Assembly: GCF_009914755.1 (NCBI RefSeq)
Contig: NC_060926.1
Reading direction: 5' to 3' (one strand)
From: the human T2T-CHM13v2.0 reference genome, Homo sapiens
Length of the DNA stretch: 64,000 bases
The notes under the pieces are model-generated. The model saw nothing but the letters and a program-made list of their open reading frames with translations. It had not been told where the DNA came from and did not search any database. How positions within the stretch are numbered: the first letter of the stretch is position 1; the number at the start of each line of letters is the position of its first letter. The position numbers were made by a program, and so were the translations under genes. Positions 1-18,129 of this stretch are shown here, in pieces.

Positions 1-332
<332 letters not shown>

Positions 333-1044
333 TATTTCTTTAATCCTATGTTAAATGATTTAATTTTAAAGCTTAACATTTTATAGTGTGGTGGTTTTTT
401 TTACTGGAAACTGATAGATTCATGTAACTGTTCAGCTCATCGAACATGGATCAAATGTCAGTTACATACTCATTGAGCTTAGTGTTGGGGATATTTGTCA
501 TATTAGCTTGGCCAGTTACGACATTACAACTTGCATAGTTGTCATGTATTGCTTTAAAAAAGTTTTACTGTTTGGGGAATGTTTCTTTTTAACTGAGGTT
601 AAGGTGAAATTCCCAATTTTATAGATATGCAAAGAATATAATTGTGCATAAACTAAAAATGCCAACTATCTCATGGGTAATAGCTTAATTATCTACTCAG
701 TGTGGGTCTTTATTCCCAGAGGAGTGTATTTTCACATCCAGTTTGCATCTTTCCCCTCCAGTTGTAACCTTGCCCTATTGTATATCTGTTATAATGTTAG
801 GAATCTTGTTAATATTCAATGAATGCCATAAATAAAAGAAGCATTTAATTTTATTACATGACTTTTACCACAGGGTGTTGGTTGCTTTATTTCTGTCTTT
901 TCTAGAAGCCTGTGACTATTACAATTTATTCTTAGAAATGGTATGAACCATTCCTATCCTTTCTTTGCTTCACTGCTTCTACTTGGTGCAGGATCAGAGG
1001 GTCCTGGACCATGTTTCTTGGTATTTACAACAGTAGATCACAAG

Positions 1045-1190
1045 CACAGCTGTATGGCGGGAGTCACCTTGGAAAGCTCATTTAAAACGTGAATTTCACT
1101 TCTTCTTTCTGCCTTCCCCAGCTCCCCCAATCAATCTAATAGGTCTGGGGTGAGGCCCAGGAATCTGCATTTTAATAATCTGGATATTCT
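1045..1190. mobile_element. MER5-like hAT DNA transposon fragment
   Basis: taggtctggggtgaggcccaggaatctgcattttaa motif. Confidence 0.6.
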
Positions 1191-1916
1191 AATACAATAC
1201 GATCTTTGTTTAAGAAGGGTATTTGTATCAGAAACTCAATTGCTATAAACAGGAAGAGGAGCTATTCTGTTAACTAGAAGTTCAGGAATTGGGGGAGTTG
1301 TGAGAACTTCCATTCCTTGAGTAGTGATGAGCAGAACCATTTTTTCTCTCCTTCCAATCAGGTTTAGTGTGCTTGCCCTTAGTCAGCTCACAATTGCTCT
1401 GAGTCCACAATGTAAACTATGGATGTTGCTGTGTTTGAGCTCACACGCCTGTGACACAGGCTCTTAAAGAACAAATGAGCTAGTGTCAGTGAAATATCAA
1501 CACACAGTGAACTAAAAGGAGAATCACACTTATGTCACAGAAAACAAAGGATAGTTGCTTTTATGCCACTAATCAAAACCAGAACTTTTTTTCTAGGCTT
1601 GTTCTAGCTTCATCTGGAAAGTGAACAGAAGCATTTCTTGATGGCATAGTACAGACACTGACACTTAGCATATAATCACATTTAATTACTCACATGTCAT
1701 ATAGTCTACAATAGCCACTGCACACATACCAGTCATTAGTGCTCAGCAATGACAAAAAATAATTGCTTCCACTCCTTGGCCAAACAGGTCTATGGACCCA
1801 ATACCAAATATTTTGTGTGTCTTACTGGACATCTTGCCAGACTTCTTTATAGGGAAAGACACTGACCCAGCTAGACCTTGGTGCTGCCATCTCTTGAGAA
1901 TCAACTGTTTCTTACA

Positions 1917-1922
1917 TTTAAT
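1917..1922 (-). terminator. Candidate polyadenylation signal ATTAAA just after the CCDC195 stop (alternatives: ATTAAA 1681-1686, AATAAA 925-930)
   Basis: tttaat on + strand about 14 nt downstream of TAG; usage not determinable. Confidence 0.35.
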
Positions 1923-1935
1923 CACTTCACATATC

Positions 1936-2059
1936 CTATTCTGCAATGATACTTAGCTGGTTTGTGGCCTGATTTGGTGAGTGTTTCAAAGAACTTGAAT
2001 TTTTGGAATATGAAGACATGTCCATGGGTAACAGGAAACTGACTGCCTTTGTCTTGTCC
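1936..2059 (-). CDS. CCDC195: CCDC195 final coding exon (R/DKTKAVSFLLPMDMSSYSKNSSSLKHSPNQATNQLSIIAE*)
   Basis: Acceptor ttttgcttcctgtag|G; 124 nt to TAG; spliced CDS 235+247+124=606 nt = 201 aa + stop; missed by ORF track. Confidence 0.9.
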
Positions 2060-2634
2060 CTACAGGAAGCAAAATAAAGGGAAGAAAAAGACTTTTTAGT
2101 GAGACTTTATATAGAACATTGATGATTTTTCCCCCCAATCACCAGATATTACCTACAGTGTTAAAAGTTCACTTAAAAATATATCATGATATTTTTTGTT
2201 AAGTTGTTCAACAATGATGTAAGGATATATATTGGAATGACCTTTTCATTAAACCCAAGGAATAGTGTGGATAAAACAAAAACTTAAAACTACTGAGGGA
2301 GAGACTATATGGCTGAGGAATGATTATTAGTTTGATGTTCAAAGTGGAAGAATATCTCATTCTTAGGCAAAAGTCTCTTGCGTCAAATCTTCAGCTCATG
2401 AAATGAAGCAGAAACTTGAGGCAATTATTTTATAGTCCAGATAAATCTGCTCCTTTTGACTGTGAATTAACTGAATACACATCATGCCTGAAGAGTAAAG
2501 GGGGTAAGAGCAATAGCCCCATGCTATCTGAGGGATTATATCTTTTCATTTTGCCTACTTCTCCTTTTACCTCTAAAATATTACATAGAATTTAGACATT
2601 AACCAGGAGAAACTGCTCTTAGGAATAAATCTAA

Positions 2635-3138
<504 letters not shown>

Positions 3139-3174
3139 TAAAATAATAACAACCACTGCCACTTGGTGAGCGGT

Positions 3175-3360
3175 CACTCAACCACCTCATTTACTCTTCA
3201 CAAAAACTATGAGGTATCTGCCTTTAAGATTCCCTTTTTACAGAAGAGTAAACTGTGACACAGGACAATCTAGTAACTTTCTCCAAGGCCACATTGTTTG
3301 TAAATGATGATGGAGGTGGAATTTTGGCCATCTGATTCTGGAAGCTGCCTCCTTAAACTT
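3175..3360 (-). mobile_element. MIR
   Basis: Core ttttacagaagagtaaactgtgacaca...aaggccaca. Confidence 0.65.
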
Positions 3361-4342
3361 CTTTCTGGATTTGGAAAAGGAGAGAATATATTTATTGTAA
3401 TGAATCTGGTTTACCCTATCAGTAAACTGAATAACATAGCATTTCTAATTTTAACTGTTTATATGGGCCCTTGTCCCTAAGCTTGTCAACTGAAATTTGT
3501 TTTTCTAAAACACAGGAAGAAAAGATTGAATTTCTCTGTCAAAATTAAGAAAAAATTAAAATCCTGTTTTTAGTTTCTGGAAAGCTTTGATTCTTAGAAA
3601 TATTGACATTGGCATTATTTTGTAAAATATTTTCGTGGTATAATAATGGAAAAGTTCACAAGCAAATTGGTTATGATGTCTGATATGATTCAAAAGTCAG
3701 TGCAAACAAATTGGTTCTTGATAAATATTTGTAAAATGCTTTGAAAGCTATTAGTGAGGAAATTAATTTCCCAAATAATCAGAGGAATAATATAATGACA
3801 TTTTACTTTACTAGTTAATTCCTGAGAATATAAAAGACACATTTAAAAAGGACTACAATAAAAAAAATGCTCAATTCCTACTCAATAGTTCTAGTGGATT
3901 TCATGCCAATCCAGTTGTTGATTTTAAGCCAATACTGGCTTTCTTCCTTTAATACAACCTTGCAATTGGCTCAATCTTTCAAATTAACTTTTACATTAGA
4001 AATGGGTTGTATTCTAAATAGTTCATTAGTTGGCAGCTTGGAAGTTGGAAAACATTTTACTTTAGAAAAATAATACCTCATAAATGTTGGTTAGGTTCCC
4101 ATACTATCATAGAAAATAATATAAATTGAAATGGAAAAACTAATAGTACTATAATTCTCAGCATTGTATGTCTGTGAGAATGGTTTAAGTGCAAAAAGTA
4201 AAACATTATGATATATACACTGTATAATTTCAACATATGTGAACACAAGCTATCCATCTCAATGGTAGTTATTCAGGTAGTGGGATTATGAAGAGTTTTG
4301 TTTTTAAACATTTTTACTTTGTATATTGCCTCTATATTTTGT

Positions 4343-4965
<623 letters not shown>

Positions 4966-5018
4966 ACCTGGCTGTAACTTTTTTTATGATAAACATTTAG
5001 TGCTGCTATAGAACTGGA

Positions 5019-5075
5019 TATATATATATGTATGTGTGTCTGTGTGTATATATATATATATATACACACACGCGC
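5019..5075. repeat. (TA)n/(TG)n/(CA)n microsatellite
   Basis: Direct inspection. Confidence 0.9.
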
Positions 5076-5199
5076 ACTTTTTTTTTTAAGGAAAAGGACA
5101 TATCTCTGCCATTCTTCTGTTTTCCTTCTTTGAAGACACATGACCAATGGAACCCAATGATTGAGTATTCATTTCTTGTTTCCATATCCCACATTTGAT

Positions 5200-5928
5200 C
5201 TATAAATAAATCTTGTTGGCTCCACCTTTGATGCACATCTAGAAATCATGTCCACTGTTAGCACGCTTGGCAAAGAAATGATCCCCTCTTGCCTAGATTA
5301 TTTTATAGCCTTCAGTCTGGTCTCCTTGTTTTCGATATTGTTCTCTTAAAATTTTTCACAATAGGGTTTCCAACCCAAGAAATTTTACAAAATGAAAAGA
5401 ACATGTTATCCACACAAATTTATTTACAATAAATCCAGAGTCACTGGAATCGGGTAGAAGGCCACCCTTGGCTCTCTGCCTACCTGTCCTTCTGCACACC
5501 AGCTTGCTCACTTGTCACACCAGGCTCCTGGCCTATCCTTGAACACACTGGTAATGCTCCTACCCAGGGCTTCTGCATTTGCTCTTCTCAATGCCTAGAG
5601 AGTTCTCTCTTTAGCCTTGATCAGGACTCACTCTCTCTCTCCCTTCTTTATTCAGATGGAAAGGCATTCTTTGGCCATGGTATCAAACATTTCATTATGC
5701 TCCTCTAACCCTTCTTTATTCACTTTATTTTTTGCTTTGGTACTTAACACCGTCTAACATAATATACACTTCATATATTTGCATGTTTACTGATTATCAT
5801 GTTGCAAAGAAATAAGCTCCACATGGGCAGGGGTTTTTGACAATTCGGTTTCCTGCTGTATCTGCAAGGCAGAGAATCCTGCCCAACATGCAGCACACCC
5901 TCAGGATATATTTATTGAATGAATGAAT
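5200..5928 (+). mobile_element. L2 LINE 3' fragment
   Basis: Ends with L2-type tail atatttattgaatgaatgaatg; taagctccacatgggcaggg motif. Confidence 0.65.
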
Positions 5929-6037
5929 GTAATAAAAGTATAAAAACCTAGACTGAAAAAATAAAAACTAAACTCATGATGACATTTGCCCCTGGGAGGA
6001 CAAAGGAAAAGTTATATAAGACTTTCTTTATTGGTAA

Positions 6038-6330
<293 letters not shown>

Positions 6331-7210
6331 ACATTTTATTTCTTTTACATATAAAAGCATCTGAAGCAAATATGATAAAACTTTTTGAATCTATTGGTGC
6401 ATGTAACATTAATTTCTGAATATTTACAGAAATATTTTGGAAAATATTTACAGAATATTTTGGAAGTTTTCATAAGACATTTATTCTGGCTTTCCAATAA
6501 TTTCACGATAAAGCATATATTCCTTAGCATTCCACGAGTGGCCTTTAATGATGAATCCTTCTCACTTCTCCATCCTCATTTATTTTACTACTTTTAGTTT
6601 CTCTCAGTGGCATGGCTTCTTCTATCCTCATGTCTGTTTCGTTCTACCTGGGATGACCTTTCCATTTTTCTTTGGCTAAATCTAGTAGTCCTTGGTGACT
6701 CCAGTTAATCTCCCTGCTCCTATGATAGAACCTTCTGCAAGGGAAACACAATTTTCATCCTGTCTTTGGAAATCCAAATAAAGCTGATTCAACCTTTGTA
6801 TCCCACATCCTGTGGGAAGTCCAGTGCCCTTTCCAATATTTATGAGAATTCCTACAGGCCTCTTGCTTATGGTTATCTCTTGATTTGCTTTCCTGCCACT
6901 GCTGAGTTCGATGGTGCTCTGGGTCTCTCAACAATCATATTTTTTGCATTTTCTCTTTCCCGTGATAAGCTAATAATCATGAGACCCAGGTCCCCTCCTC
7001 TTGATTTTCCTCCTTCTACTCACACAAGACAAAGACAAGTAGAGATCTTGCTGAAGAGTTAGGGCCTCATTGGGAGTTGGAAGGTAGGGATGCAGAGTGT
7101 GGGAGAGAGGGGGCAGTGCATGCTCCTGCACAGTTGTGCAGATAAATTAGGCTTGATGTTAGAGGACTTGACTCTACCACTTCAGGAGCCACTGGCCAAG
7201 TTTCCTCTAA

Positions 7211-7726
<516 letters not shown>

Positions 7727-8147
7727 TGAGAGGAGTTCTGCATTCAGCTCTTAAAGTAACTGTGCCTACTCCCTGAGATGCACTTTATTGCAGTAGATAG
7801 TTTACTTGTGTGCCTTTGTCACTTAATGAGAGTTTTGAATGTAATGGCTTACTTTTGCTGAATCTTGTATCACCAGTGCCTGGCTTAGAATATGATCACT
7901 AATGCTTAATGAATAAATGAGTACTAAGTTGTCCAGTTGTTAGAGGCATCTATTAGAGGGTGCCATTTAACCTCAAATAAATTTGTTACTTTAAATTCCC
8001 AAAATTGACATAGGTAATATGGAAATTATTTATATGCTATTTGGTTTTGTTTCCTCCACTAGATAAGACTTCATTTATCCAGGGGAAAGTCTCAGTAACC
8101 ATCTCAGCATGGGCCTATTCACCAGCTTGAAGTGTATTTTACATTAC

Positions 8148-8394
8148 CTGCAACCACAAACATGCTCAGGAGAAGCTCTTTGGCTGGTCCTATTGCTGGT
8201 GAGAGAATCTGTGGCAAACACCTTTTCTTCCATGTCTTGCTTCTTAATTGGAGAACATGCCAATGACTTCAGTGTTCTCTGACCTTCTAGAATTCCGCTC
8301 TTTGGGTGACTTTTCCCAGATTTCCAGGGATCATTTACAGCAGATGAGCAAACTGATGATGAAATGGAATAGCGTCTAACAATCATGACATTGC
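8148..8394 (-). CDS. CCDC195: CCDC195 coding exon 2 (G/NVMIVRRYSISS...HVCGC/R)
   Basis: Acceptor ttttgtgtcttttgtacag|G and donor CAG|GTAATG; 247 nt; frame continuous with exon 1 (G+GC=Gly) and exon 3 (AG+G=Arg). Confidence 0.92.
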
Positions 8395-8535
8395 CTGTAC
8401 AAAAGACACAAAATCCAACTTAAAAAAATTCTACCCTAATGACACTCACAAATGAAAAATGATAGAATTTTATTGAAACTAACTAGACAGAACTATTGTT
8501 TCTCATTACTTTTTTGGCATAAAAGATATCCATTT

Positions 8536-9130
<595 letters not shown>

Positions 9131-11018
9131 GACATACATAGATAATAAAAATAGACCTTAAAATTGGGAGAACATGAATCTCCCAGACATGCCAATTCTT
9201 GATGGCCTTCTTACTCCTGATTCTAGAAGAACAGGCTTATCCACAGTGTCTGATCACCTGAATGGCCACAGGAATTTAACAGGTTGTTGCTAACTGGCCT
9301 ATGATTGCATGTCTTGGCCTTAGTTGGGACAGTCGTTAAGAGGATGTCTATTGAGTGAGAGACAAACGCAAAGGAGACACATGGCAAAGAGCAAAGATGC
9401 ATGGTGTGGGAAATTGGAGAGCCCCTGAAAGAGATGGAGAGATTTGTGGCTTTAGTTTCCAGGGACTTCCAATTCAGTTTCTATTCATAGAGTCTCCCAA
9501 TAAACTCTTTCCTTGAGGTAAATCAAATCTTCCCTGTTTTTTTTTTTTTTTTTTAATAATGAAAACATGTTGATTAAAAGGGCTTTATTTTAGAGGCTCT
9601 TGGTATGTCTGAACGCCAGCTCTTACACTGCATTAACTCTGTGATCTGGAGCTGGTCATTTAACCTCTACTTGGAGGTCTGGTGATTATCCAACATCTAC
9701 TTGCATGTCCAGTGTTGTCCATGTGGCTTACAACACTGATCTCATGGGTTGGTTTTCATTTTCTGGAGCACTTTATGAGTGATTGTGGAATCTTCATTCT
9801 TTCTTACTGCAGCTTTGCCATGAACGAGCATGAAAGCGTAAAAAAACCACTGCATTATGGGTAGGCTTTGAGAGTGCCAGAAGCACAATTATTTTTTATT
9901 TATGTTTGCTGACTGCTTCTGGAAAAAGCAGACAGAAAATCATTATGGTTATTTCAAAAGGTGGAGGCTGTTTCGGCTTTTTGTAGAACAGAAGACTGAA
10001 TTGTAGGAGAGGTCTAGGGAGAGTTTAAGTTCAAATCTGTTTGAAGTGATTAACTACAAATATTATTCATAAATTATCTTTAAATGCTCCCCTTGGTCAT
10101 GATATGTAACTTCCATAATTATCTAAAAACAGATCTGTGACTACTTACAAACATAAACGTTTTTGTTTAGAAGGATTATAAAACAATCCCTTGATACTGA
10201 ATCGTAGGAAAACACAACAGGAAATTATGCTGATGATAGCAAAATTACGTTTGTTTTTACTTGGGACCTACAGTTAATTTGGGAGTGATTAGCATATAGG
10301 CTTATTGTTCATCTCCATGGGTCACAAAGGGTCTGTGTCCTTCAGTTTCTTATTAACAAAAAAGATATTCAACACAGCATCACAGGCTCATTAGAACATT
10401 TTCAAAGATCACAGCCAAATGCAGTTTATTTGCCAGCAAAGGATGTGAGCAGAGAATCAGAGGTCCAGCAATGCTGTAAAGGGTTGTTTCTTTTATCTTT
10501 ACAGCGGCAAATTGCTTCAAGGTTCCACAGGGCAAGAGGGGCCGGGAAACATCTCTGAAAGCACTGGCTAGATTTCATATCTACCAAATATTTATGCACT
10601 ATTACAGATGTTTCCATGAGCATTTACCCAGCAAGGATTCATTCCGAGCAGGCACTCTGCATTCTCAGTATATTTTATCACCACACAGCTGTGTCTGGGC
10701 TGTAGCGTAGCTCTGCGTCCTCGGGTGACTTCAGGGGAAGTAGGGTTCTCCATTCACAGAGAGCCTCACTTTATCTCACCACACATACCAAGGAACACAC
10801 GGAGGAACTTTTAGCTCTAAGTGATCCACTTCCAGGTCCTCTTTAATTATTCCCTTTCTTAAAGTGAGACTCATATTTCTGATTTCACATTATTCTTTCT
10901 GAAAGAATAGGTTTATGTATTTTTGTTTCCAAAAAAGGATTGGAGAAGTTGGGTAAGATAATCTCTATGAGGCTTATATTTTCAACTGCAAATAAGGAAA
11001 TTTCTACTGGATGATCTC

Positions 11019-11342
<324 letters not shown>

Positions 11343-11499
11343 TCTAACGTTCCTTTCTAGTAACAGATTTCTATGATTCAATTAATTGTAAGTATGAATT
11401 TCAATTGATGTTGGCAATTACTATTAAAACTACTGATAAAAACTTATGCTCAAGTCAAATAATAATATTTTTCTGACATGTCCAATGATATTATGACAA

Positions 11500-11800
11500 C
11501 TATTACTTAGTAATTTACATTGAATCTTACTTACACTATCTTTACTCCTCTCAACAGCCCTGTGAGGTAGATTCCATCATTACCTCCATTTTACAGATGA
11601 AGAGAGTGATCATAAAAAGCTCTACATCACTCTGTATTCATAGAATCACAGGATTTTGCAGTTGGAATAGGACTTGGAAGACATTTAGCCCAATCCACTT
11701 ATTTTTACATGAGGATGCTAAGATCAGAAAGTTTATGTGACCTGCCCAGTGTTGAACAACTAGGAATTCAATCCAGGTGTCTTCATGCTCAGGACAATGT
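11500..11800 (-). mobile_element. MIR fragments
   Basis: ctgtgaggtag...ccattttacagatgaaga core; second core at ~11700. Confidence 0.6.
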
Positions 11801-11979
11801 TCTTCCTACTTACATTACTTGCTATTATAATAGCACATAACATTTAAGAAACAGATAAACATCATTTAAAGTAACTCAACAGGACTCCCAAGTGCAAATC
11901 TAAATCACATTTCTTTCTGTGTTTTATTTGTGCAATAAGCAAGGTTTCCTACAATTTTATCAAATATTTTTCACCAGTA

Positions 11980-12317
11980 TTTTTTTTTTTTTTTTTTTGA
12001 GACAAGGTCACTCTTGTCACCCAGGCTGGAGTACAGTGGTGCACCCTTAGCTCACTGCAGCCTCAAAGGAATCCTCCCATCTCAGCCTCTCAAGCTCTCA
12101 AGTAGCTCAGTCTATAGATGTATGCCATCATGCCTGGCTAATTTTTTCCTGGCTAATCCTTTTCTTTTCTTTTCTTTTCTATTCTTTTCTTTTCTTTGTA
12201 GAGATGGCGGTCTCACTATGATGCCTAGGCCAATCTCGAACTCCTGTCCTTAAGTGATCCTCCTGCCTTCGCCTCCCAAAGCGCTGGGATTACAGGCATG
12301 AGCCACCATGCTTGGCC
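11980..12317 (-). mobile_element. AluJ SINE
   Basis: Diverged dimer with J-type tctcactatg; tcacca(g/a)t flanks. Confidence 0.85.
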
Positions 12318-12609
12318 TCACCAATCCTTTTCAAAGTTAATGCTAACATTCTTATTGGAAATTACCACCCATATGCTGAAGAAGTATGATATCAATTATG
12401 CGTTTAACTCTTATGAATATGTTCTAACCTCCTCTAAGCTTGATGATGTTTAGACCCTGAGAATTTAAAGGGCAATACTCTGTTCTTTGAACTGTGTTAA
12501 TACATGTTTTAAAATAGGACAGTTAGTTCTAAGATGCAACTTACTTTTCTGTTAGGATAAGTCCCACAGAGAATAGACTTGAAGTATTGTTGTTTATTTT
12601 TGGAGCAAG

Positions 12610-12835
12610 GCGGTGGTTTTCAATGGTGGATGGGGTGCGATTTTGTTCCCAAGGCAACATTTGGCAATGCCTGGAGACATTATTGATGGTCATAACTGGA
12701 AGGGGAAGTGTGAGTACTCCAGCATCTAGTGGTTAGAGGCCAGGGAAGCTGCTAAACACCCTACCATGCTCGAGATGACCTCCACAGTAATTATTCAGTC
12801 TCAAATGTCAGTAATACAGAGGTTGAGAAACCCTC
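12610..12835. mobile_element. MER20 DNA transposon
   Basis: catttggcaatgcctggagaca...catctagtggttagaggccaggga...gttgagaaaccct. Confidence 0.8.
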
Positions 12836-12940
12836 AACTAAGCAAATATTATAAATGTCCACATCCTTTTTTTTTTCCAGCAAGAGAATGTCTAACCTCC
12901 TATAGGTTACTCTTTCACAGTTTTATTAAATAACCAGTAG

Positions 12941-13374
<434 letters not shown>

Positions 13375-13714
13375 TTCTAATTGGCAGTGCCTGAAGCTTT
13401 TGACAGATGATTTTAAGAGTTTTGAGTATTTAATTATGTATATGAATTATTTTCTTTCAATATGGTGTGTGTAGGCAGGTATTGACAATTTTAATGTAGA
13501 GTATATTTCTCACTCTGCTGATTTCTGACCCCATGTGTAATCTTCACAGTCAAAATATTTCTCATAAAATGTGAGAGATTTGATTTTTAGAATATATCAA
13601 ACATCGACTCTGTATCTTGAAGTCTTCAATCTGCATAGCAGGCTGAATTATGTGCAGTATTCATTCATACAGGACAATAAAGTTATTAGTAAAACATGGA
13701 TAGGAAATAGTATC

Positions 13715-13925
13715 TGCCATTTGTTGTGCCTTGGCCAGGTGCAATACTAAGCATTTAGTTCATATTACTGTAGTTAATCCTCACAACCTTGTGAGATAGG
13801 TACTATAACACTTCCAGATGAAGAAAACAAAGATTAAAGAGGTCTAATCACTGGCTTAGAGTCAAGTGGCTGAAGTGGTCAATTGGCAACCATATTTGTT
13901 GACTTTGACATCCATTCCCTTATCT
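13715..13925 (-). mobile_element. MIR
   Basis: ttaatcctcacaaccttgtgagataggtacta...cagatgaagaaa. Confidence 0.65.
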
Positions 13926-14311
13926 GGTGTGCAGTACTGTTCCAGCCTTATAAGTGTGCGTGCCATTTGACATACACACATTCAATGTGCTATTATGCAG
14001 CATTTAAATGGCTGAAGTTAAAGAGGAAAAAGACCACATTGTTCCTAGTGTGACTGATTTCCACAAACCTGTCTCTCTTATCTTTCCCAGCAAATATGGA
14101 AGTAATTTTAGTGTTGCTATAATGTGTTGCTTGAAGATGCTAAAGCCATTTTTGTCTAGGGATTCACAGGTAATCTACTAGGAGGAAAGGGATGAAACCC
14201 ACCACCGTTATTACCAAACTATACAGTTATCTGATCAGCACAATACACTTAACTATTTCACGATATTTGCAAAATGGGCACAGCCCACAAGAGCTCAGAA
14301 TGTTTGGGTAC

Positions 14312-14546
14312 CTTGGTGTTCCTGCACTGCTGGTGCTGCATCAGTGGAAACGGCACCCTGAAGGGTTGCTGGAGATTGTCCTGGCGCTTCCTCCTCCCTT
14401 TCGTCTCCTGATTCTCTCCCTGAGCCTGAGGCTCTCTGACTACTTGCAGTGAGTTTCATCCGGAGGGCTTGATTCTCTTTCTCCAGTTTGTGGATCTCTG
14501 CCCGCATTTCCTGGATAAGTCTCATGAGCTGGATATCAGCTTCCAT
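14312..14546 (-). CDS. CCDC195: CCDC195 coding exon 1 (N-terminal coiled coil; MEADIQLMRLIQEMRAEIHKLEKENQALRMKL...EHQ/G)
   Basis: ATG in strong Kozak context (ACAATGG); heptad-like helical N-terminus; donor AAG|GTACCC at 14311; 235 nt, phase 1, joins exon 2 in frame. Confidence 0.92.
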
Positions 14547-16009
14547 TGTCTCTTCTCATGTTGCTCTAGTTGGCTTCTTTGGGAGAGACAGGTGGACTTT
14601 TCCTCATGAGCCCAAAACACAATCTACTCAGTGGGTCTGGCTGATCCTGCTCATAAACCTTTCCAAACAATAGCTGTCACTCTTCTCTGCGCCATCTTTC
14701 AGCACCTGGGGGGTTAGGCTGTCAAGGGAGGTAAAAGATCTTCCATGAAGTATTCATTCTGGGTTTTGTTTTTCAAAACAGAGATTTTCTTTCTATCTTT
14801 CATTTCATGTCAATCCACAGTTCTAGAATATTGCTTTGTGTGGGAGGAGAAGAGAACACTCCACAAATTTCCAGTGAAGAACAGTTTCTTGTTTCCATCA
14901 TGAACTTACCATCACAACAGCCACTCAGTCTTTTCTCTATTGCCACTTCTGGGATCAAATGTATCTCAGGATCACCAGCTGCCACAAGTGCATCAAAATG
15001 GACATAGAAGAATTATGCCATGTCTTCTCTGTCTAATGTGCCATAGTTCTGCATTTTTTGGTAAATTATTAATTTTGACACTTACTAAGGAAGGGTAACA
15101 TTAATCACAAGGGGTCATATGAACTGCAGGGATATTATTTAAATATGACGTTGGTAATTAATACCTAAATCCCTCAAGATAGGCCAAGGAAGGACAGATA
15201 TTATCACTCCTCAGTAAATTTCTATCTTAGAAACATTTTGCCATTATTTACTTCTAGGATGTTTGCCTGGGCAAAGGCTGCCAGGGGTATTTTGGGAATG
15301 TAAGAAGATACAGGCTAAACATTAATCTTGAATGAGAGAGACATGTGACAATAACAGCTTTTGTTACCTATTTCCTGAAGAGGTTTCTTTGTGGGGGAAT
15401 GAAAAGTACAAATCTTAAATAGCATATGCCCTGATAGCAATATCTGTTTGGAAATTCAATTAATGTTTAAACATAAATGATCTTTTGCAATACGGTGAAA
15501 ATAATTAGAAAACTTTTTATGGGGATAGATTTTCTTTCACATTCATTTTTGTTTTCTTTGCGTGTGCCCGTGTATGTGTGTATGTGTGTGTATTTGCCCA
15601 TCCTAATACATATGTGTTGATTGATCCAAGGCTGTTTAGATGGAAGGAATGATTGAAGAAAGTATTACTCCTTTTTTATTCATACAAATTTATTTTATAT
15701 GTTTGAATTTTATGTTCACTAAAAAGTCAGTATATAAAAATGATGAGGGCATTTTCATATACTATTTATATTTGTATTTAAATGAATTTCAGTAAACATG
15801 TGCCACTCCAGAGGCTGTAGAAGTAGCTTGTAGAAATATGGACTATGGAGCAAAATGGGACTGGAAAGGTCATCCAATCTCACCACCTACTGGATGTTCA
15901 GATCTGTTCCACAGTATCTCTGCAATGGATCATTGACCCTATATGTGAGTATTTCTTTTGTAGGAGAGTTTCCTTCCTGCGATTTTCTTTTTGAGAAAAT
16001 TTACTCATA

Positions 16010-16150
16010 AACGAGATAGGCAGTATTATCATCCCCATTTTACAGCAAAGGAAATGGGCATAGAAAGTTGAAGACACTTGGCCTAGGTCAGGGATACTAA
16101 ATGCAGGCAATGTGACTCAGGAGTTTACATACTCAATAATTATCTGTACT
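16010..16150 (-). mobile_element. MIR
   Basis: tattatcatccccattttacagcaaaggaaa core. Confidence 0.65.
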
Positions 16151-16189
16151 GTGCCCCTTAGAATTGTGCCCACCTCATCAGATATTCTT

Positions 16190-16650
<461 letters not shown>

Positions 16651-17206
16651 GCTTTTTAACTAAAATTATTTCCATTGACCAAAAATTGGTCTCCGTTCAG
16701 CTCGTTCTTAGCTCTTCTCTTTGGAGACATTATGCAATATGTCTAATCTTTGCTTTAATAAAAATTATTGTTCCATCATGTTCCAGTGAGTTTCTACACT
16801 CTAGAAAAAACAGCCTCAATATTTTTAGCTGTTGTTTTAATCTAATGTGTGTTCCAGGGCCTGGAGTGCATCTTGGACTCTCTTTTGAACATGTTTCAAT
16901 TTGTTGATAGGTTTCTTGAACTAGGATATCCAGGTCTAAAGGCATTCTCCTGAATGCATCTGACTAGAATAGGACAAACTGCCTCAGCTTCCATAAAGTA
17001 TTTTGTGGTACATTCCACAAAAATGGGCCGTAAAATTCATTCTTGAAATTGAACTCAGTGTTGAAATTGTATTTGCTTCTTAAAATTGCATTCAGCAACA
17101 AAGCGGAATGTGAAAATAACTTGTACTGTTATTGGAAATGACAAGATTATATCATTATGTATAGACAATTTGATTATATATCTAGAAAGCCCAAGAAAAT
17201 AAATCT

Positions 17207-17520
17207 GGGTGGGTGCAGTGGCCCACACCTGTAGTCCCAGAAATTTGGGAGGCCGAGGTGAGTGGATTTCTTGAGCTCAGGAATTCAAGACTGGCTCGGG
17301 CAACATGGTGAAACCCTGTCACTACGAAAAATACAAAATACAAAAATTAGCCAGTCATGGTGACACGTGCCTGTGGTCCTAGCTACTCGGGAGGCTGAGG
17401 TGGGAGGATCGCTTGAGCCAGGGAGGTCAAGGCTGCCGAGATTGTGCCACTGTACTCCCAACCTGGGTAACAGAGCAAGCCCCTGTGTCAAAAACAAAAC
17501 AAAACAAAGCAAAACAAAAC
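17207..17520 (+). mobile_element. AluJ within old L1M fragments (~17100-18780)
   Basis: ggatcgcttgagcca J-type; (CAAAA)n tail. Confidence 0.85.
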
Positions 17521-17814
17521 CCACAAATGAAAAAAGTCCAAAATTTTATTTTGTAATCTACTCCTATGTTACAAAATAGGCACTTAAAAATCAATAGTTT
17601 TTCAAAGTACTATCAATGACCAGTAGAAAAAAAATGAAAAATATTCCACTGACAATAGGTCTCTGCATATAAAATGCCCAGGAATTTTTTTGTTTGTAAG
17701 GTTTATAATTAAAAAAAAAAAAAACTAACATTTTGCTGAGATATAAAAGAAAACTTAGGAAAATGGAAACTATTTTCCTGTTAAGAAGACTGACTATTTT
17801 AAAAGAAGTCTTAA

Positions 17815-18129
<315 letters not shown>

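Noticed and set aside
1743-1946. 67-aa minus ORF overlapping the CCDC195 stop
   Set aside because: Different frame, TTG start; the splice phase fixes the real frame ending at 1936
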